A stretch of 64,000 nt of DNA from Candidatus Omnitrophota bacterium (lineage in GTDB: Bacteria > Omnitrophota > Gorgyraeia > JABMRN01 > RBG-13-46-9): the NCBI GenBank assembly GCA_013203315.1, contig JABMQJ010000016.1:1-64000 (forward strand), written 5' to 3'. The notes below the pieces were generated by a model. That model did not search any database and was not told the DNA's origin. It saw only the letters and a list, made by a program, of their open reading frames with translations. The position numbers were made by a program, and so were the translations under genes. Below are positions 46,214-55,343 of this stretch, piece by piece (position 1 is the first letter of the stretch; each line of letters opens with the position of its first letter).

Positions 46214-47228
46214 AAAACTTGTTGTCATAACATCCGGTGACCCTGCAGGAATCGGTCCGGAAATAATCCTAAAATCACTTGCCGGTTTTTCGTCTTCCAA
46301 AAAAATACGCCAGCCTTTCGGTGCAAGCCACGCATTCACTCCGCTCGTTATAGGCGACTACAAGGTGTTTCAAAGGATTGCGAAAATATCTAAAATCGAC
46401 ATTTCTTCAATTCTACCCAGGCGGCCTGGAAATTTCGGAATAAAAGAAGGCCTTATTAATTTTATAGACCTGAGGAATGTTCCCCGCGGCAAAATATTTT
46501 TTGGAAAAACGAATAAGATTTACGGCAAAGCCGCAATGGAATACGTTTCATGCGGCGCTTTGATTGCCAGGTCATTTAAGGGCGCATCCCTTGTAACTGC
46601 TCCTATCAATAAGGCGTCAATAGCAAAAGCGGGTTTTAGTTTCGCCGGGCACACAGAGTTCCTTTCGCATGTTACGAAATCAAAAAAAGTTACAATGATG
46701 TTAGTCGGAGGCCCATTACGGGTGAGCCTTGTTTCCAGGCACGTCGCGATTAAAAACGTAGCAAAATCCATTACAAAAACCGAAATCGTAAAAACACTCC
46801 AAAATACCAGCTATGCGCTTAAAAAGTTTTTCAAAATATCTTGCCCGAAAATTGGCATCGCGGGCCTTAATCCTCACGCAGGTGAGTCCGGAGTTTTGGG
46901 GCAGGAGGAAAGAACCGTCATATCTCCGGCCGTAACCTATGTGAAAAAGAAAATAAAAAATTCAAAATTCATAGGGCCTCTCCCGGCAGATACGCTTTTT
47001 TACAAGGCATACAGGGGCGACCTTGATGCCGTTTGCTGCATGTATCATGACCAGGGACTCATACCCCTTAAAATGGTGGCATTTGAAAAAGGGGTGAACC
47101 TTACAATAGGCCTTCCATTTATCCGCACATCCCCGGATCACGGTACGGGATTTGATATTGCCGGACGCGACAAGGCAAACCCGTCCTCCATGATCGAGGC
47201 GATAAAACTGGCGGTCGAGTTGTGCTGA
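46191..47228 (+). CDS. pdxA: 4-hydroxythreonine-4-phosphate dehydrogenase
   Basis: GDPAGIGPE, TAPINK, GHTEFL, GLNPHAGE, MYHDQG, RTSPDHGT. Confidence 0.95.
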   Translation: MHTSRLGKKLVVITSGDPAGIGPEIILKSLAGFSSSKKIRQPFGASHAFTPLVIGDYKVFQRIAKISKIDISSILPRRPGNFGIKEGLINFIDLRNVPRGKIFFGKTNKIYGKAAMEYVSCGALIARSFKGASLVTAPINKASIAKAGFSFAGHTEFLSHVTKSKKVTMMLVGGPLRVSLVSRHVAIKNVAKSITKTEIVKTLQNTSYALKKFFKISCPKIGIAGLNPHAGESGVLGQEERTVISPAVTYVKKKIKNSKFIGPLPADTLFYKAYRGDLDAVCCMYHDQGLIPLKMVAFEKGVNLTIGLPFIRTSPDHGTGFDIAGRDKANPSSMIEAIKLAVELC

Positions 47229-48046
47229 CGAAAACGGAACTAAAAACGCTTTGGGGCAAACACGATTTTAGACCGATTAAGCGCCTGGGCCAAAACTTCC
47301 TCATTGATAAAAACATAAAAGAAAAAATTTTAAACAATATAGAGCTTGAGTCCGACGACATCGTTATAGAAATAGGTGCGGGGTTTGCCGAAATCACTTT
47401 AGACTTAGCAGGGCGGGCAAAAAAAGTTTTTGCTTTTGAAAAAGACAAAAAAATCGTTGCTATTCTTAAGGGCGCATTCTCCTTACCCTCCAACATTACG
47501 CTACTTCAAGAAGATTTCCTGGATGCTGATATAAAGAAAATTGCCCCGTGCGGGAAAATAGTTGTCTACGGAAATATACCATATTTTGTAACGAGCCCCA
47601 TAATTGAAAAACTGATAAAAAACATTTCGTTAATAAAAGACATATATCTTCTCATGCAGCGGGAGGTTGCGGATCGGATTATGGCTGTACCCGGCTCAAG
47701 AGAAATCGGCCGCCTTAGCTTGTATGTCCAGTACTATACCGAGCCGAAATGCGTGTTTAAAGTCGGGAAAGACGCATTTTATCCCGCGCCCAAAGTTGAA
47801 TCTACTCTTTTAAGATTGGCCCCTCTGCCAAACAGGCGCGTTCGAGTTAAAGATGAAAGCGTTTTGTTTGAGATTATAAAAAAAGCCTATAGCCAGAGGC
47901 GAAAAACCATCTTAAATTCGCTTTCCGGAAAGGGTATAGAGAAAGAAAGGGTGTTAAGTTGCCTTAGAAGCGCTAATATCGATCCTTTTTCGCGCGCCGA
48001 AGACCTGTCCTTGCAGGACTTTGCGCTCTTGGCAGATACTCTTTGA
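47222..48046 (+). CDS. rsmA: 16S rRNA dimethyltransferase
   Basis: LGQNFLID, EIGAG, GNIPY, MQREVADR, FYPAPKVES, QRRKT. Confidence 0.95.
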   Translation: MLTKTELKTLWGKHDFRPIKRLGQNFLIDKNIKEKILNNIELESDDIVIEIGAGFAEITLDLAGRAKKVFAFEKDKKIVAILKGAFSLPSNITLLQEDFLDADIKKIAPCGKIVVYGNIPYFVTSPIIEKLIKNISLIKDIYLLMQREVADRIMAVPGSREIGRLSLYVQYYTEPKCVFKVGKDAFYPAPKVESTLLRLAPLPNRRVRVKDESVLFEIIKKAYSQRRKTILNSLSGKGIEKERVLSCLRSANIDPFSRAEDLSLQDFALLADTL

Positions 48047-48047
48047 A

Positions 48048-48076
48048 TTGACAAACCTTATTATATATGGTAATTT
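48048..48076 (+). promoter_or_regulatory. Promoter for gatCAB (nearly leaderless)
   Basis: TTGACA (48048-48053), 17 bp spacer, TG-n-TAATTT (48071-48076); ATG 8 nt downstream with no SD. Confidence 0.65.
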
Positions 48077-48084
48077 AATGCAAT

Positions 48085-48387
48085 ATGGCGAATACAAAAG
48101 CAATAGATAAAAAAACGGTTGAACACGTAGCCAGACTGGCGCGTGTTAATTTATCGGCGCAGGAGATAGGGATTTACAAGAAACAGTTGGCCGACATCCT
48201 GGAATATATAAACAAGTTAGGCAAGGTAGACGTTAAAAACACTCTTCCCACCAGCCACCCCATAGGGAAAATGAAAAACGTATTTAGGAAAGACAATATG
48301 AAGAAATCTCTTCCCGTAGAAGATGTTCTCCGTAACGCACCCAATAAAAAGGACAGCCTCTTTATTGTTCCTAAAATAATCGGATAA
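48085..48387 (+). CDS. gatC: Asp/Glu-tRNA amidotransferase subunit C
   Basis: VEHVARLAR, NVFRKD, NAP...FIVPKI. Confidence 0.93.
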   Translation: MANTKAIDKKTVEHVARLARVNLSAQEIGIYKKQLADILEYINKLGKVDVKNTLPTSHPIGKMKNVFRKDNMKKSLPVEDVLRNAPNKKDSLFIVPKIIG

Positions 48388-48388
48388 T

Positions 48389-49768
48389 ATGCATAGTAAA
48401 AAATCCATCCCAAATACGGCAAAATCTTGTTTAGACAGGATAAGCGCTATCAACGAGAAACTAAATGCGATTATCTATATTGATACGGACAAGGTGCTTA
48501 AAAACGCTCAGGAAAAACCTTCCGGCATACCCATAACTATTAAGGACAATATTTGCGTTAAGGACGAGCCAACAACATGTGCTTCAAGAATATTGGAAAA
48601 TTTTAAGCCCCCTTACGATGCCACAGTTATCAAAAAGCTAAAAGATGCAGGTTTCATCTTAATGGGAAAAGCCAATATGGACGAGTTTGCTTTCGGTTCT
48701 TCCTGCGAGACATCGTGCTACGGCCCAACCCGGAACCCCTGGGACACAACGAGGATACCGGGCGGTTCAAGCGGCGGCTCTGCGTGCGCGGTGGCCGGAG
48801 GAGAAGTACCGATGGCTCTAGGCTCGGACACCGGAGGCTCAATCAGACAGCCCGCAGCCCTGTCAGGCATTGTGGGCATGAAACCGACGTATGGAAGGGT
48901 TTCGCGCTATGGCCTTATAGCGTTCGCCTCAAGTTTAGACCAGATCGGACCGCTTGCCGGAAATGTGCGCGACGCGGCCATGTTGCTTAACGTAATCTCC
49001 GGCTATGATGAATTAGACTCGACGTCTGCGGATGTAGCATGCCCCGATTTTACACAATCTCTTGAAAATAACGTAAGAAAAATAAAGATAGGCGTACCAA
49101 AAGAATATTTTCCGGAAAAGGGTTTGGACGGAGAGGTTAAGAAGGCTATTCTGGAGTCAAAAGATATTTTACAAGGCCTCGGTGCCGAACTTATCGATAT
49201 TAGCTTACCGCATACCGAGTATGCGGTAAGCTGCTACTATATAATTGCACCCGCGGAAGCAAGCTCTAACCTTGCGCGTTTTGACGGGGATCAATACGGC
49301 CTACGGAAAGACGCAAAAAACATGATCGACATGCACCTTAAGACGCGGACGGCCGGCTTCGGAGATGAAGCAAAAAGAAGAATTCTCCTCGGGACGTATT
49401 CGCTATCCAGCGGTTATTACGAGGCCTACTACTTAAAGGCGATGAAGGTTCGGACCAAGATAAAAAATGATTTTCTAGAAGCGTTTAAAACCTGCGACGT
49501 GATATTGACGCCGACAACGCCCGCTCCTGCCTTTAAAATCGGCGAAAAGATAAACGACCCCTTGGGCATGTACTTATCAGACATCTTTACGATTCCCGCA
49601 AATCTTGCAGGCATACCGGGCATATCCATACCGTGCGGCTTTACGAAAGGTGGCCTCCCTATAGGCTTGCAGCTTCTCGGCAAGCCCTTTGACGAAGAAA
49701 CTCTCTTCAGGGTTGCGTACGCGTTTGAACAGAATACGGAATTTCATAAACGAAAACCGAATATTTAA
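48389..49768 (+). CDS. gatA: Asp/Glu-tRNA amidotransferase subunit A
   Basis: IKDNI, NMDEFAFGSS, PGGSSGGS, GSDTGGSIRQPA, NLARFDG. Confidence 0.96.
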   Translation: MHSKKSIPNTAKSCLDRISAINEKLNAIIYIDTDKVLKNAQEKPSGIPITIKDNICVKDEPTTCASRILENFKPPYDATVIKKLKDAGFILMGKANMDEFAFGSSCETSCYGPTRNPWDTTRIPGGSSGGSACAVAGGEVPMALGSDTGGSIRQPAALSGIVGMKPTYGRVSRYGLIAFASSLDQIGPLAGNVRDAAMLLNVISGYDELDSTSADVACPDFTQSLENNVRKIKIGVPKEYFPEKGLDGEVKKAILESKDILQGLGAELIDISLPHTEYAVSCYYIIAPAEASSNLARFDGDQYGLRKDAKNMIDMHLKTRTAGFGDEAKRRILLGTYSLSSGYYEAYYLKAMKVRTKIKNDFLEAFKTCDVILTPTTPAPAFKIGEKINDPLGMYLSDIFTIPANLAGIPGISIPCGFTKGGLPIGLQLLGKPFDEETLFRVAYAFEQNTEFHKRKPNI

Positions 49769-49769
49769 A

Positions 49770-51206
49770 ATGAAAAACTACGAAGTGGTCATAGGCCTGG
49801 AAGCACATGTTCATCTTTTAACGGAGAGTAAGGCATTCTGCGGATGCAGCACAAAATTTGGTTTAGAGCCCAATAGCTCAACGTGCCCTGTTTGTCTTGG
49901 CCTACCCGGATCATTGCCGGTCTTGAATGAGAAAGCATTTCTTTACGCGATAAAAACAGCGCTTGCGTTGCATTGCAAGATTCAGAATTTAATAAAATTC
50001 GACAGAAAAAATTATTATTACCCCGATCTACCTAAAAATTATCAAATATCACAATACGATATGCCCCTTGCCTATGACGGCGTAATCGAGATCGAAAGCC
50101 AAGAGAGTAAAAAGAAAATACGCGTCAAGCGCGTGCACTTAGAGGAGGATGCCGGCAAGCTAATGCATGAGGCGGAAAAAGGCGTAAGCTACGTGGATTT
50201 CAATAGGGCCGGGGTTGCGCTTTTGGAAATCGTAAGCGAACCGGACATACATTCTCCCGAAGATGCAAGCGCATATCTGGTAAACTTAAAAGCTATTTTA
50301 AAATATTTAAAAGTGTCGGATTGCAACATGGAAGAGGGCAGCTTAAGGTGTGACGCCAACATATCCGTAAGGCCCGAAGGCGCAAAGGCTCTCGGCGTAA
50401 AAGCAGAACTTAAAAATATGAATTCGTTTAAGGCCGTAAGAGACGCCCTCTCTTACGAAGCCAAGAGGCAGATTGACCTGCTTGCCGCGGGTGAAAAGAT
50501 ACAGCAGGAGACGCGTCTCTGGAATGAGGCTCGTGGGCTAACAATAGCCATGAGATCAAAAGAGGATACCCAGGATTACCGCTATTTTCCCGAGCCCGAC
50601 CTGGTCCCGTTTACTGTCGACAAGAACAAAATAGACCAGATCATGCGTTCGCTACCCGAGCTTCCACAGGCTAAAAAAAAGCGTTTTATTTCCGACTATT
50701 CCGTAAGCGAATACGATGCTCGCGTATTAACTCGCGAAGCTGATGTATCGGATTTTTTCGAAGCAACAATAAAGACATACAATAACCCCAAGGAAATAGC
50801 GAATTGGCTCTTGGGTGACATTGCTTCGCTTCTGAATGCGCGTAAGGTTTCAATCGCCAAGACAAAGCTCAAGCCCGGGCACCTCGCCGAGATGCTCGAA
50901 ATGATTCACTCCGAAGAGATAAGCGGCAAGATTGCAAAGGAAGTTCTGCCGGAAGTTTTTGAGAACGGCTTATCGCCGAAAGAAATAGTGCGACAAAAAG
51001 GCCTTAAGCAGATAAAGGATAGCGGAGAGCTTACCTCGATAATCGAGCTCGTAATAAAAGAAAATGAAAAATCCACAAATGACTACAAGGCGGGCAAAAA
51101 AAATGCACTAATGTTTCTTGTGGGGCAGGTAATGAAAAAAACAAAGGGTAAGGCAAACCCAAAAATTTTAAACAACATTCTCAAAAATATGTTGGGAGGA
51201 AAGTAA
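49770..51206 (+). CDS. gatB: Asp/Glu-tRNA amidotransferase subunit B
   Basis: VIGLEAH, FDRKNYYYPDLPK, HLEEDAGK, LRCDANIS, DYRYFPEPDL; ATG at 49770. Confidence 0.96.
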   Translation: MKNYEVVIGLEAHVHLLTESKAFCGCSTKFGLEPNSSTCPVCLGLPGSLPVLNEKAFLYAIKTALALHCKIQNLIKFDRKNYYYPDLPKNYQISQYDMPLAYDGVIEIESQESKKKIRVKRVHLEEDAGKLMHEAEKGVSYVDFNRAGVALLEIVSEPDIHSPEDASAYLVNLKAILKYLKVSDCNMEEGSLRCDANISVRPEGAKALGVKAELKNMNSFKAVRDALSYEAKRQIDLLAAGEKIQQETRLWNEARGLTIAMRSKEDTQDYRYFPEPDLVPFTVDKNKIDQIMRSLPELPQAKKKRFISDYSVSEYDARVLTREADVSDFFEATIKTYNNPKEIANWLLGDIASLLNARKVSIAKTKLKPGHLAEMLEMIHSEEISGKIAKEVLPEVFENGLSPKEIVRQKGLKQIKDSGELTSIIELVIKENEKSTNDYKAGKKNALMFLVGQVMKKTKGKANPKILNNILKNMLGGK

Positions 51207-51209
51207 GGC

Positions 51210-52412
51210 ATGAACAGTGTAACGTTAAAAAAAATAGTTTTCGTTTTTCTGATCTTATGCGGCTTTGCGTATTTTAACGTATGCGATAAGGCTAGTGCAG
51301 TGGACCGGGACGCGGAACTTTATAAACAGATCGAGTTATTTTCAGACGCTGTAACCATAATACGGTCGGACTACGTGGAAAACCCGGAGCCGAAAAAACT
51401 CGTGTACGGCGCGCTAAGCGGAATGCTTTCCTCGCTAGACGGATACAGCCAATTCTTAAACCCCGACGAGTTTAAGGAGATGCAGATAGAGACTAAAGGC
51501 GAATTCGGTGGCCTAGGCATTGAAATTGCCATGAGAGACAATACGCTTACGGTCATAGCGCCGATGGACGGTACCCCGGCCCACAAAGCCGGTATAAAGG
51601 CCGGAGATAAAATTATTAAAATCGACGGGGAGATGACGCAGAATATTACCCTTACGGGTGCTGTAAAAAAATTAAGGGGCAAACCAAAAACAAAGGTTGT
51701 GCTTTCGATTTTGCGCAAAGGCGAAAAAGAGCTACTGGACATTACCATTGTACGCAACGTTATCAAATTGAAAAGCATAAAGACTGCGAAGATGCTGGAT
51801 GGTGAACTGGGATATATTAAACTGATAGAGTTTCAGGAGAAAACTCCGGATGACCTGGAAAAAGCGCTTTTAGTATTAAGAGAAAAGGGGATGAAAGGAC
51901 TAATTCTTGACGTGCGTAATAATCCTGGCGGTCTTCTGGACACGGCCTATGAAGTTTCAAATAAGTTTTTACCGGAAGGCAAAGTTATAGTATCGCTTGA
52001 TGGCCGCGTTCCGAAACAAAACAAAACATATAAATCTCGCGGAAAAACAAATTTCGCCGATCTTCCCATGGTTGTCCTTATTAACAAAGGATCAGCCAGC
52101 GCCTCTGAAATTGTCGCGGGGGCAATGCAGGACAATAAGCGCGCAGCGATTGTGGGTACTCCTTCATTCGGTAAGGGCTCGGTCCAGACCGTCGTGCCGC
52201 TAGGTGACGGCTCTGCGGTTAGGCTAACTACCGCTGCCTACCACACGCCGAGTGGACGCGTAATAAGCAATAAAGGCATAATTCCTGATATCGAGATAGA
52301 ACCTGATGAAGAACCCGATGGAGCTGAGTCCGATACCCCTGTAAAAGATAATCAACTACAGGCCGCCATAGATGTCTTACAGCAGGAAGTAGCAGCCAAA
52401 ACCAAGGGCTAG
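51210..52412 (+). CDS. ctpA: Carboxyl-terminal processing protease (S41)
   Basis: FGGLGI PDZ, LDVRNNPGG, SASASEIVAG, SFGKGSVQ, GIIPD. Confidence 0.92.
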   Translation: MNSVTLKKIVFVFLILCGFAYFNVCDKASAVDRDAELYKQIELFSDAVTIIRSDYVENPEPKKLVYGALSGMLSSLDGYSQFLNPDEFKEMQIETKGEFGGLGIEIAMRDNTLTVIAPMDGTPAHKAGIKAGDKIIKIDGEMTQNITLTGAVKKLRGKPKTKVVLSILRKGEKELLDITIVRNVIKLKSIKTAKMLDGELGYIKLIEFQEKTPDDLEKALLVLREKGMKGLILDVRNNPGGLLDTAYEVSNKFLPEGKVIVSLDGRVPKQNKTYKSRGKTNFADLPMVVLINKGSASASEIVAGAMQDNKRAAIVGTPSFGKGSVQTVVPLGDGSAVRLTTAAYHTPSGRVISNKGIIPDIEIEPDEEPDGAESDTPVKDNQLQAAIDVLQQEVAAKTKG

Positions 52413-52473
52413 TGCACATAGGATAGTATTATATGTTATTTACTTGCGTCCAATATGTTTGTAAGGTATACTT

Positions 52474-53466
52474 ATGATAACTACATTAGGCGTCGAAACC
52501 TCCTGCGATGAAACAGCAATAGCCGTGATCCAAGAGGGTAGGATATTGTCCAGCATTGTGTCATCCAGCGTCCCGTTACATGAAAAATTCGGGGGCGTAA
52601 TTCCGGAGATAGCATCGAGATACCATATTGAATATATTAACAAAGTAGCAAAAAAAGCCTTGAGGAAAGCAAAAATTACTTTTGATGATTTGGATTTGAT
52701 CGCCGCAACGGAAACACCCGGGCTTCCGGGCTCTCTCCTGGTGGGGCTATCGTTTGCCAAGGCAATGAGCTATGCGCTAGATTTACCGCTTGTAAACGTA
52801 AACCATCTACACGCTCATCTTTTTGCTAACTTTCTATCTAAAGACTCCGAGCGGCTCAAATTTCCGTTTGTTGGTTGCGTGGTTTCTGGCGGCCACACAA
52901 ATATTTTTATCGTGAGGTCCCTTAAAGATTTCGAGCTAATCGGCAAGACAAAGGATGATGCTATCGGAGAGGCATTTGATAAGGTTGCGAAGGTTTTGGG
53001 TATCGGATATCCCGGCGGGCCAAAAATCGAAAAATATGCTAGAATTTTCGCGCGCCCGACTTTCGTGCCAGGCAAATCGAATAAGCCGATCAACTTTCCC
53101 AGGGCCTACATGGACAACGATTCCTTCGATTTTAGCTTAAGTGGAATAAAGACCGCCGTTCTTTATCATGTTAAGAAAAAAAGGATTTCCAGACGAGAAA
53201 TTTCAAGAATATCCTGGTCTTTTCAGGAGGCTGTGTTTGACGTCCTGGCGGAACGCGTGGAAAAGGCCTGTAAAAAGTTTAAGATTAAAAACGTTTTCTT
53301 CGGAGGAGGCGTTATTTCGAACAGACGATTGCGCGCCAAATTCGAGCGTATTTCGGTAAATACGGGATACAAGTTTTTTTATCCGCCACCGGCGTTATGT
53401 GTAGATAATGCCGCTATGATTGCAGGCTTGGGCGAGATTTTATTTAAAAACAAAAACAGTAAATGA
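52474..53466 (+). CDS. tsaD: tRNA N6-adenosine threonylcarbamoyltransferase
   Basis: GVETSCDE, NHLHAH, VSGGHT, DDAIGEAFDK, YPGG, DNAAMI. Confidence 0.95.
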   Translation: MITTLGVETSCDETAIAVIQEGRILSSIVSSSVPLHEKFGGVIPEIASRYHIEYINKVAKKALRKAKITFDDLDLIAATETPGLPGSLLVGLSFAKAMSYALDLPLVNVNHLHAHLFANFLSKDSERLKFPFVGCVVSGGHTNIFIVRSLKDFELIGKTKDDAIGEAFDKVAKVLGIGYPGGPKIEKYARIFARPTFVPGKSNKPINFPRAYMDNDSFDFSLSGIKTAVLYHVKKKRISRREISRISWSFQEAVFDVLAERVEKACKKFKIKNVFFGGGVISNRRLRAKFERISVNTGYKFFYPPPALCVDNAAMIAGLGEILFKNKNSK

Positions 53467-53479
53467 AAGGGGGTAACGC

Positions 53480-54016
53480 ATGGCTCTTAGAAGGAAGCAT
53501 GAGGTTCCGAAGGAAAAAGTTCTGGAGGTGGATGCAAGCATGCAAGGCACGCTTACATTCAAAGACCCGGTAAACTTAAGGATTAACGGTAAGTTTGAAG
53601 GAAAGCTCCTCACGAAAGGCAGTCTTACAGTCGGCGAACACGCCGTTGTAAACGCTGATATTACCGGCGATGTTATAACTGTTGCCGGTAGGGTTAATGG
53701 CGACATCAAGGCCTCTGTGGAGTTGAACCTGATAGCGCCCGCGTTCGTTGTGGGGGATATAAAGGCTCCTGCTCTTCGCATCGCACAGGGTGCTATTATC
53801 GAAGGTTATTGTAACATGATTTCAGACAGGAAGGGCGGAGAACCCGCTTCTGACATGCTTACGATTGACCAGGTTGCCAAGTTTTTGGAAGTTGACACGA
53901 ACGTAATTACCGAGTGGGCTGATACCGGTAAGCTCCCGGCCGTCAAGGACGGTTCCAGATGGAGTTTTGAAAGATCTAAAATTGAGGAATGGCTCACAAG
54001 CGAAAAAATAAAGTAA
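53480..54016 (+). CDS. Bactofilin fused to a C-terminal excisionase/MerR-like (HTH_17) domain
   Basis: Beta-helix repeats LRINGKFEG...TVGEHAVVNADI...VAGRVNGDI...GAIIEG, then MLTIDQVAKFLEV...GKLPAVKDGSRWSFERSKIEEWL. Confidence 0.85.
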   Translation: MALRRKHEVPKEKVLEVDASMQGTLTFKDPVNLRINGKFEGKLLTKGSLTVGEHAVVNADITGDVITVAGRVNGDIKASVELNLIAPAFVVGDIKAPALRIAQGAIIEGYCNMISDRKGGEPASDMLTIDQVAKFLEVDTNVITEWADTGKLPAVKDGSRWSFERSKIEEWLTSEKIK

Positions 54017-54042
54017 ACCAGAAATAGTAACTTAATTAAATT

Positions 54043-54390
54043 ATGCCCGATAAACTCTTTACGATAGAGGAGGCGGCTATCCTGCTCGGGGTGCCGGAAG
54101 ACCGCATTAAAAAGCTTGTCAGTAACGGCAGCTTGCCGGCTTATAAGATTGGCGGTCGATTTCTTCGGTTCAGGAGGGAGCAAATAGAAGCTATTAGGTA
54201 TGAGATTCATGATAAGTTTGGCGCCAAGGTGGTGGAGCGGGCCTCAAGGGACTATCTCCAAAAAACCAAAGGCGTAGTATACCCGCAGTCGCTTCTCGAT
54301 AGAATTTTGGATTTCTTTTATTTCAACGACTTTTATGTTGTTGCTGCCGCGCTGGCATGCTTGATTTTGTTGTTCATATTTAAGGGATAG
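54043..54390 (+). CDS. HTH_17 (excisionase/BldC-like) protein with a C-terminal TM anchor
   Basis: LFTIEEAAILLGV...GSLPAYKIGGRFLRFRREQI; C-terminal DFFYFNDFY followed by a hydrophobic helix. Confidence 0.82.
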   Translation: MPDKLFTIEEAAILLGVPEDRIKKLVSNGSLPAYKIGGRFLRFRREQIEAIRYEIHDKFGAKVVERASRDYLQKTKGVVYPQSLLDRILDFFYFNDFYVVAAALACLILLFIFKG

Positions 54391-55341
54391 ATGCTTAAGG
54401 TAACCTTTCTACGATTATTCCCCTTATGTTTTTTTATTTGCGCCATGACTGCTTTCGCCGACACGGTCTATCTGGAAAACGGCGAGAAAATGAAAGGCGT
54501 AATAGTAGAAGAATACCACGATAGGGTCGTTATCTCGACCCATGAAGGCGAAAAAAGTATTCTTAAAAAAGACATCCACACCATCTCCTACGATCTGGTT
54601 GAGCAAAACCTTGTGGTCCTTGGTGATTCGTATGCCGACCGCAATAAACATGGAGAAGCCTACTTTTATTATAAAAAAGCCGTCAAAATAAATCCGAAAT
54701 ATAAAATTGCGCGTGACAAAATGAACTTTACGGCAGGGCAGGCGTTCCGTCAATCACAAAAAGAGAAGCGGGACGCTGTGAAGCGAAGGCAGGAGATCGA
54801 GGATTCATCGAGGCCCTTGCCTTACGAAGAAAAAGATTTTAAAAAAGAGCTTGAACAAAAAATCGGTATAATCATCGCTGAAGAAGGCGATAGCGTAAAG
54901 ATAATAAATGTTACCGATGACAGCGCGGCGGACGACGCCGGCTTACGGCCCGGCGATACGCTAATTTCTGCCTGGGGCCGCTTTACCGATTACATGTCAA
55001 AAGAAAATGTAAGCCGCCTTTTACTGGAAAGTCTGGGCGAGATTAAAATAGATATCCAGCGGGACGTCGTCTTAAAAAAAGAAAGCCCGGCTGCGATATT
55101 TTATAAAGATATTATAGGCGGAAAATTGGATATGCTAAGAGACGGCCTGACCATCGTGGATTTAAAAGAAGGGTCCCCCGGACAAGAGGCGGGCCTCAGT
55201 AAAGACGATTTGATCATTGCCATAAACGGCGCCTCGACTCGTTATATGCCGCTTTCGGATGCAATTAAGATAATTGAAAACAAAAAAACGGGCGCGATAA
55301 AATTTACCGTAAGAAGGGACGCGACTATATGGAGGAAGTAG
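54391..55341 (+). CDS. Exported TPR + tandem PDZ protein
   Basis: Signal peptide (AFA|D), DTVYLENG..KG beta domain, TPR (AYFYYKKAVKINP), two PDZ-like segments (SAADDAGLRPGD; SPGQEAGLSKDDLIIAING). Confidence 0.78.
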   Translation: MLKVTFLRLFPLCFFICAMTAFADTVYLENGEKMKGVIVEEYHDRVVISTHEGEKSILKKDIHTISYDLVEQNLVVLGDSYADRNKHGEAYFYYKKAVKINPKYKIARDKMNFTAGQAFRQSQKEKRDAVKRRQEIEDSSRPLPYEEKDFKKELEQKIGIIIAEEGDSVKIINVTDDSAADDAGLRPGDTLISAWGRFTDYMSKENVSRLLLESLGEIKIDIQRDVVLKKESPAAIFYKDIIGGKLDMLRDGLTIVDLKEGSPGQEAGLSKDDLIIAINGASTRYMPLSDAIKIIENKKTGAIKFTVRRDATIWRK

Positions 55342-55343
55342 GA

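Noticed and set aside
52444-52472. TTGCGT-17bp-TATACT promoter-like match before tsaD
   Set aside because: The -10 box ends 1 nt before the ATG, so a transcript would start downstream of the start codon. It cannot be reconciled without TSS data.
53480-54390. Prophage or ICE excisionase interpretation of the HTH_17 genes
   Set aside because: There is no integrase, att site or phage gene nearby, and the HTHs are fused to bactofilin or a TM anchor within a core-gene context.
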